Below are positions 49,219 through 50,324 of a stretch of 50,324 nt of DNA, piece by piece. The notes under the pieces were generated by a model that searched no databases, had not been told where the DNA came from, and saw only the letters and a program-made list of their open reading frames with translations. Source of the stretch: a virus (taxonomy: Duplodnaviria; Heunggongvirae; Uroviricota; Caudoviricetes); the IMG/VR virus record IMGVR_UViG_2681813429_000008, positions 1 to 50,324 of that record. One strand, given 5' to 3'. Positions within the stretch are counted from its first letter, which is position 1; the number at the start of each line of letters is the position of its first letter. The position numbers and the translations under genes are program-made.

Positions 49219-50079
49219 TTAAGAAAAGATTTTATTTTTGTACTCAGTAACCAGATTGTATTTCATTACATGCTCAACATAATCCCGGTCACTTACGACT
49301 GAACGTAATACATAATTATCTGCTCGATAGTACTCCCTGTAAGCCATAGCTCTTGCCATTCCACCGTTATTTAATACATAACGATCAGTTGGAACGCTAC
49401 AACGACTAATAATTTCACTCACGGAATCAGATAAAGACTTGAGTGCATCAGTAATAAATTTAATATCACGGACAACGTCACTGTCATTAAATACAGAAAT
49501 AAAATCAGCAGGGATCTGGCCGGATTGAGGAAATATATTCAGTAAACGCTTATCGATTCCCTTCCCAATGTAGTTTCCTTCATCGGCCAGTACTCCCGGC
49601 AAAAGCTTGATCGTGCTCAATCGACTATGTTGTTCATTCAACCGGGAAACAGCCAGATGGTAATACCGTTCAGCATCCGCTCGTTCAGCATGCCCCATTT
49701 TATTCGTTTTGGCTTCAGCAATGCTACTGACGCCGTTTTTTGAGAATGTGCTTTTCCATGCAACTTCCGCATTTGTCACTTCACGCTGCCGGAAAGATAA
49801 CTCTTCCTCTTCCTGACGACACAACTGGGCATAACGGCTCAGGAGCAGGTTGATCTCATTCGCCACAGTTTCCGTATCAGGTACTGTTAACCCCGTAAGT
49901 GAATACAGCTTTTCACCTTTAGCTCGCAGCTTATTCAGTGAATATATTTCAATAATACGCACAATACAGGCCGTGTCGCTATGAGTCTCTTTAAATGATC
50001 TTACTTTGTAACTATCTAACACCGACACATGTTCGTTCTTAATTGATGCCAATTTCTTCTTAAAAACATTGTCAACCAT
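49219..50079 (-). CDS. Hypothetical protein upstream of the capsid homolog
   Basis: 286 aa, moderately AT-rich. Size matches P2 GpO but no sequence similarity was recognised. Confidence 0.5.
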   Translation of the reverse strand: MVDNVFKKKLASIKNEHVSVLDSYKVRSFKETHSDTACIVRIIEIYSLNKLRAKGEKLYSLTGLTVPDTETVANEINLLLSRYAQLCRQEEEELSFRQREVTNAEVAWKSTFSKNGVSSIAEAKTNKMGHAERADAERYYHLAVSRLNEQHSRLSTIKLLPGVLADEGNYIGKGIDKRLLNIFPQSGQIPADFISVFNDSDVVRDIKFITDALKSLSDSVSEIISRCSVPTDRYVLNNGGMARAMAYREYYRADNYVLRSVVSDRDYVEHVMKYNLVTEYKNKIFS

Positions 50080-50096
50080 ATATTTGCCACCTCAAT

Positions 50097-50324
50097 TTAG
50101 GAGTTTAATTTTCTATTGAGAATATTCTTCTCTATCCATTCATTAACTTCATGCTCCACCCATGCAACAGAACGAGAACCGATAGAAACTTGGTTCGGAA
50201 ATTCATCATTCTTTATCTTTAGATAAATTGTTGACTTGGGTAAGCCAGTCAAATTAATCACTTCTGATATTCTCAGAAGTCTATATCTTTTTTGGGGTGC
50301 GTTTTCCCGAGGCAATAAGCTCAT
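50097..50324 (-). CDS. alpA: AlpA-family transcriptional regulator
   Basis: 75 aa; YRLLRISEVINLTGLPKSTIYLKIKNDEFP...VAWVEHEVNEWI is the canonical AlpA winged helix. ORF starts at the window edge, so the true start may lie beyond. Confidence 0.8.
   Translation of the reverse strand: MSLLPRENAPQKRYRLLRISEVINLTGLPKSTIYLKIKNDEFPNQVSIGSRSVAWVEHEVNEWIEKNILNRKLNS

Larger units (their letters stand above)
39775..50324. mobile_element. P4-like satellite / phage-inducible island (left end and most of body; right end beyond window)
   Basis: tRNA-like att core, P4-family integrase, AT-rich cargo cassette, Ogr/Delta activator, iteron origin, alpha-type primase-helicase, AlpA regulator. No psu or sid homolog recognised. 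Confidence 0.7.

Noticed and set aside
1-50324. CRISPR arrays, insertion sequences or transposase genes
   Set aside because: No regularly spaced direct repeats with unique spacers and no transposase-like ORFs or terminal inverted repeats were seen. The only repeat clusters are the two iteron arrays.

Overview
The window holds two mobile elements in tandem, with coding density near 90 percent. (1) A complete P22-like lambdoid prophage of about 39.8 kb (1 to ~39790): a P4-family integrase at the left edge, then on the minus strand a P22-type virion module (tailspike, ejection proteins gp16/gp20/gp7, gp14, tail needle, gp10, gp4, coat, scaffold, portal, terminase), lambda-type lysis genes (S, R, Rz/Rz1), two tRNA-like genes, Q, a nin region (NinH, RusA, YbcO-like, NinF, NinE, Dam-like methyltransferase, NinB), a fused primase-helicase, an O-like initiator with internal ori iterons, cII and cro. 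On the plus strand are the cI repressor, a small membrane protein, N, cIII, kil, an Erf-like annealing protein, an HNH homing endonuclease, SSB, several small early genes and an excisionase. (2) Directly after a 15-16 nt sequence that looks like the 3' end of a tRNA-Arg gene (att core, ~39775-39790) begins a P4-like satellite (39951 to the window end, incomplete): a second P4-family integrase, a very AT-rich two-gene cassette at the position of the known P4 defense hotspot, an Ogr/Delta zinc-finger activator, a dense GGTAAC/GTTACC iteron array, an alpha-type primase-helicase, small genes, a P2 GpN-family capsid homolog and an AlpA regulator. Regulatory sites visible in the sequence include triplicated operators at OR and OL (AATAC-N5-GTATT), nutL and nutR with identical boxB hairpins, an Mnt operator-like palindrome upstream of the tailspike gene, and several intrinsic terminators. 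Protein identifications are from recalled similarity to lambda, P22, P2 and P4 proteins, not from database searches. Coordinates of short motifs were counted by hand and may be off by 1-2 nt. The most interesting candidate is the low-GC two-gene cassette at 41106-42959, which may be an uncharacterised anti-phage system.
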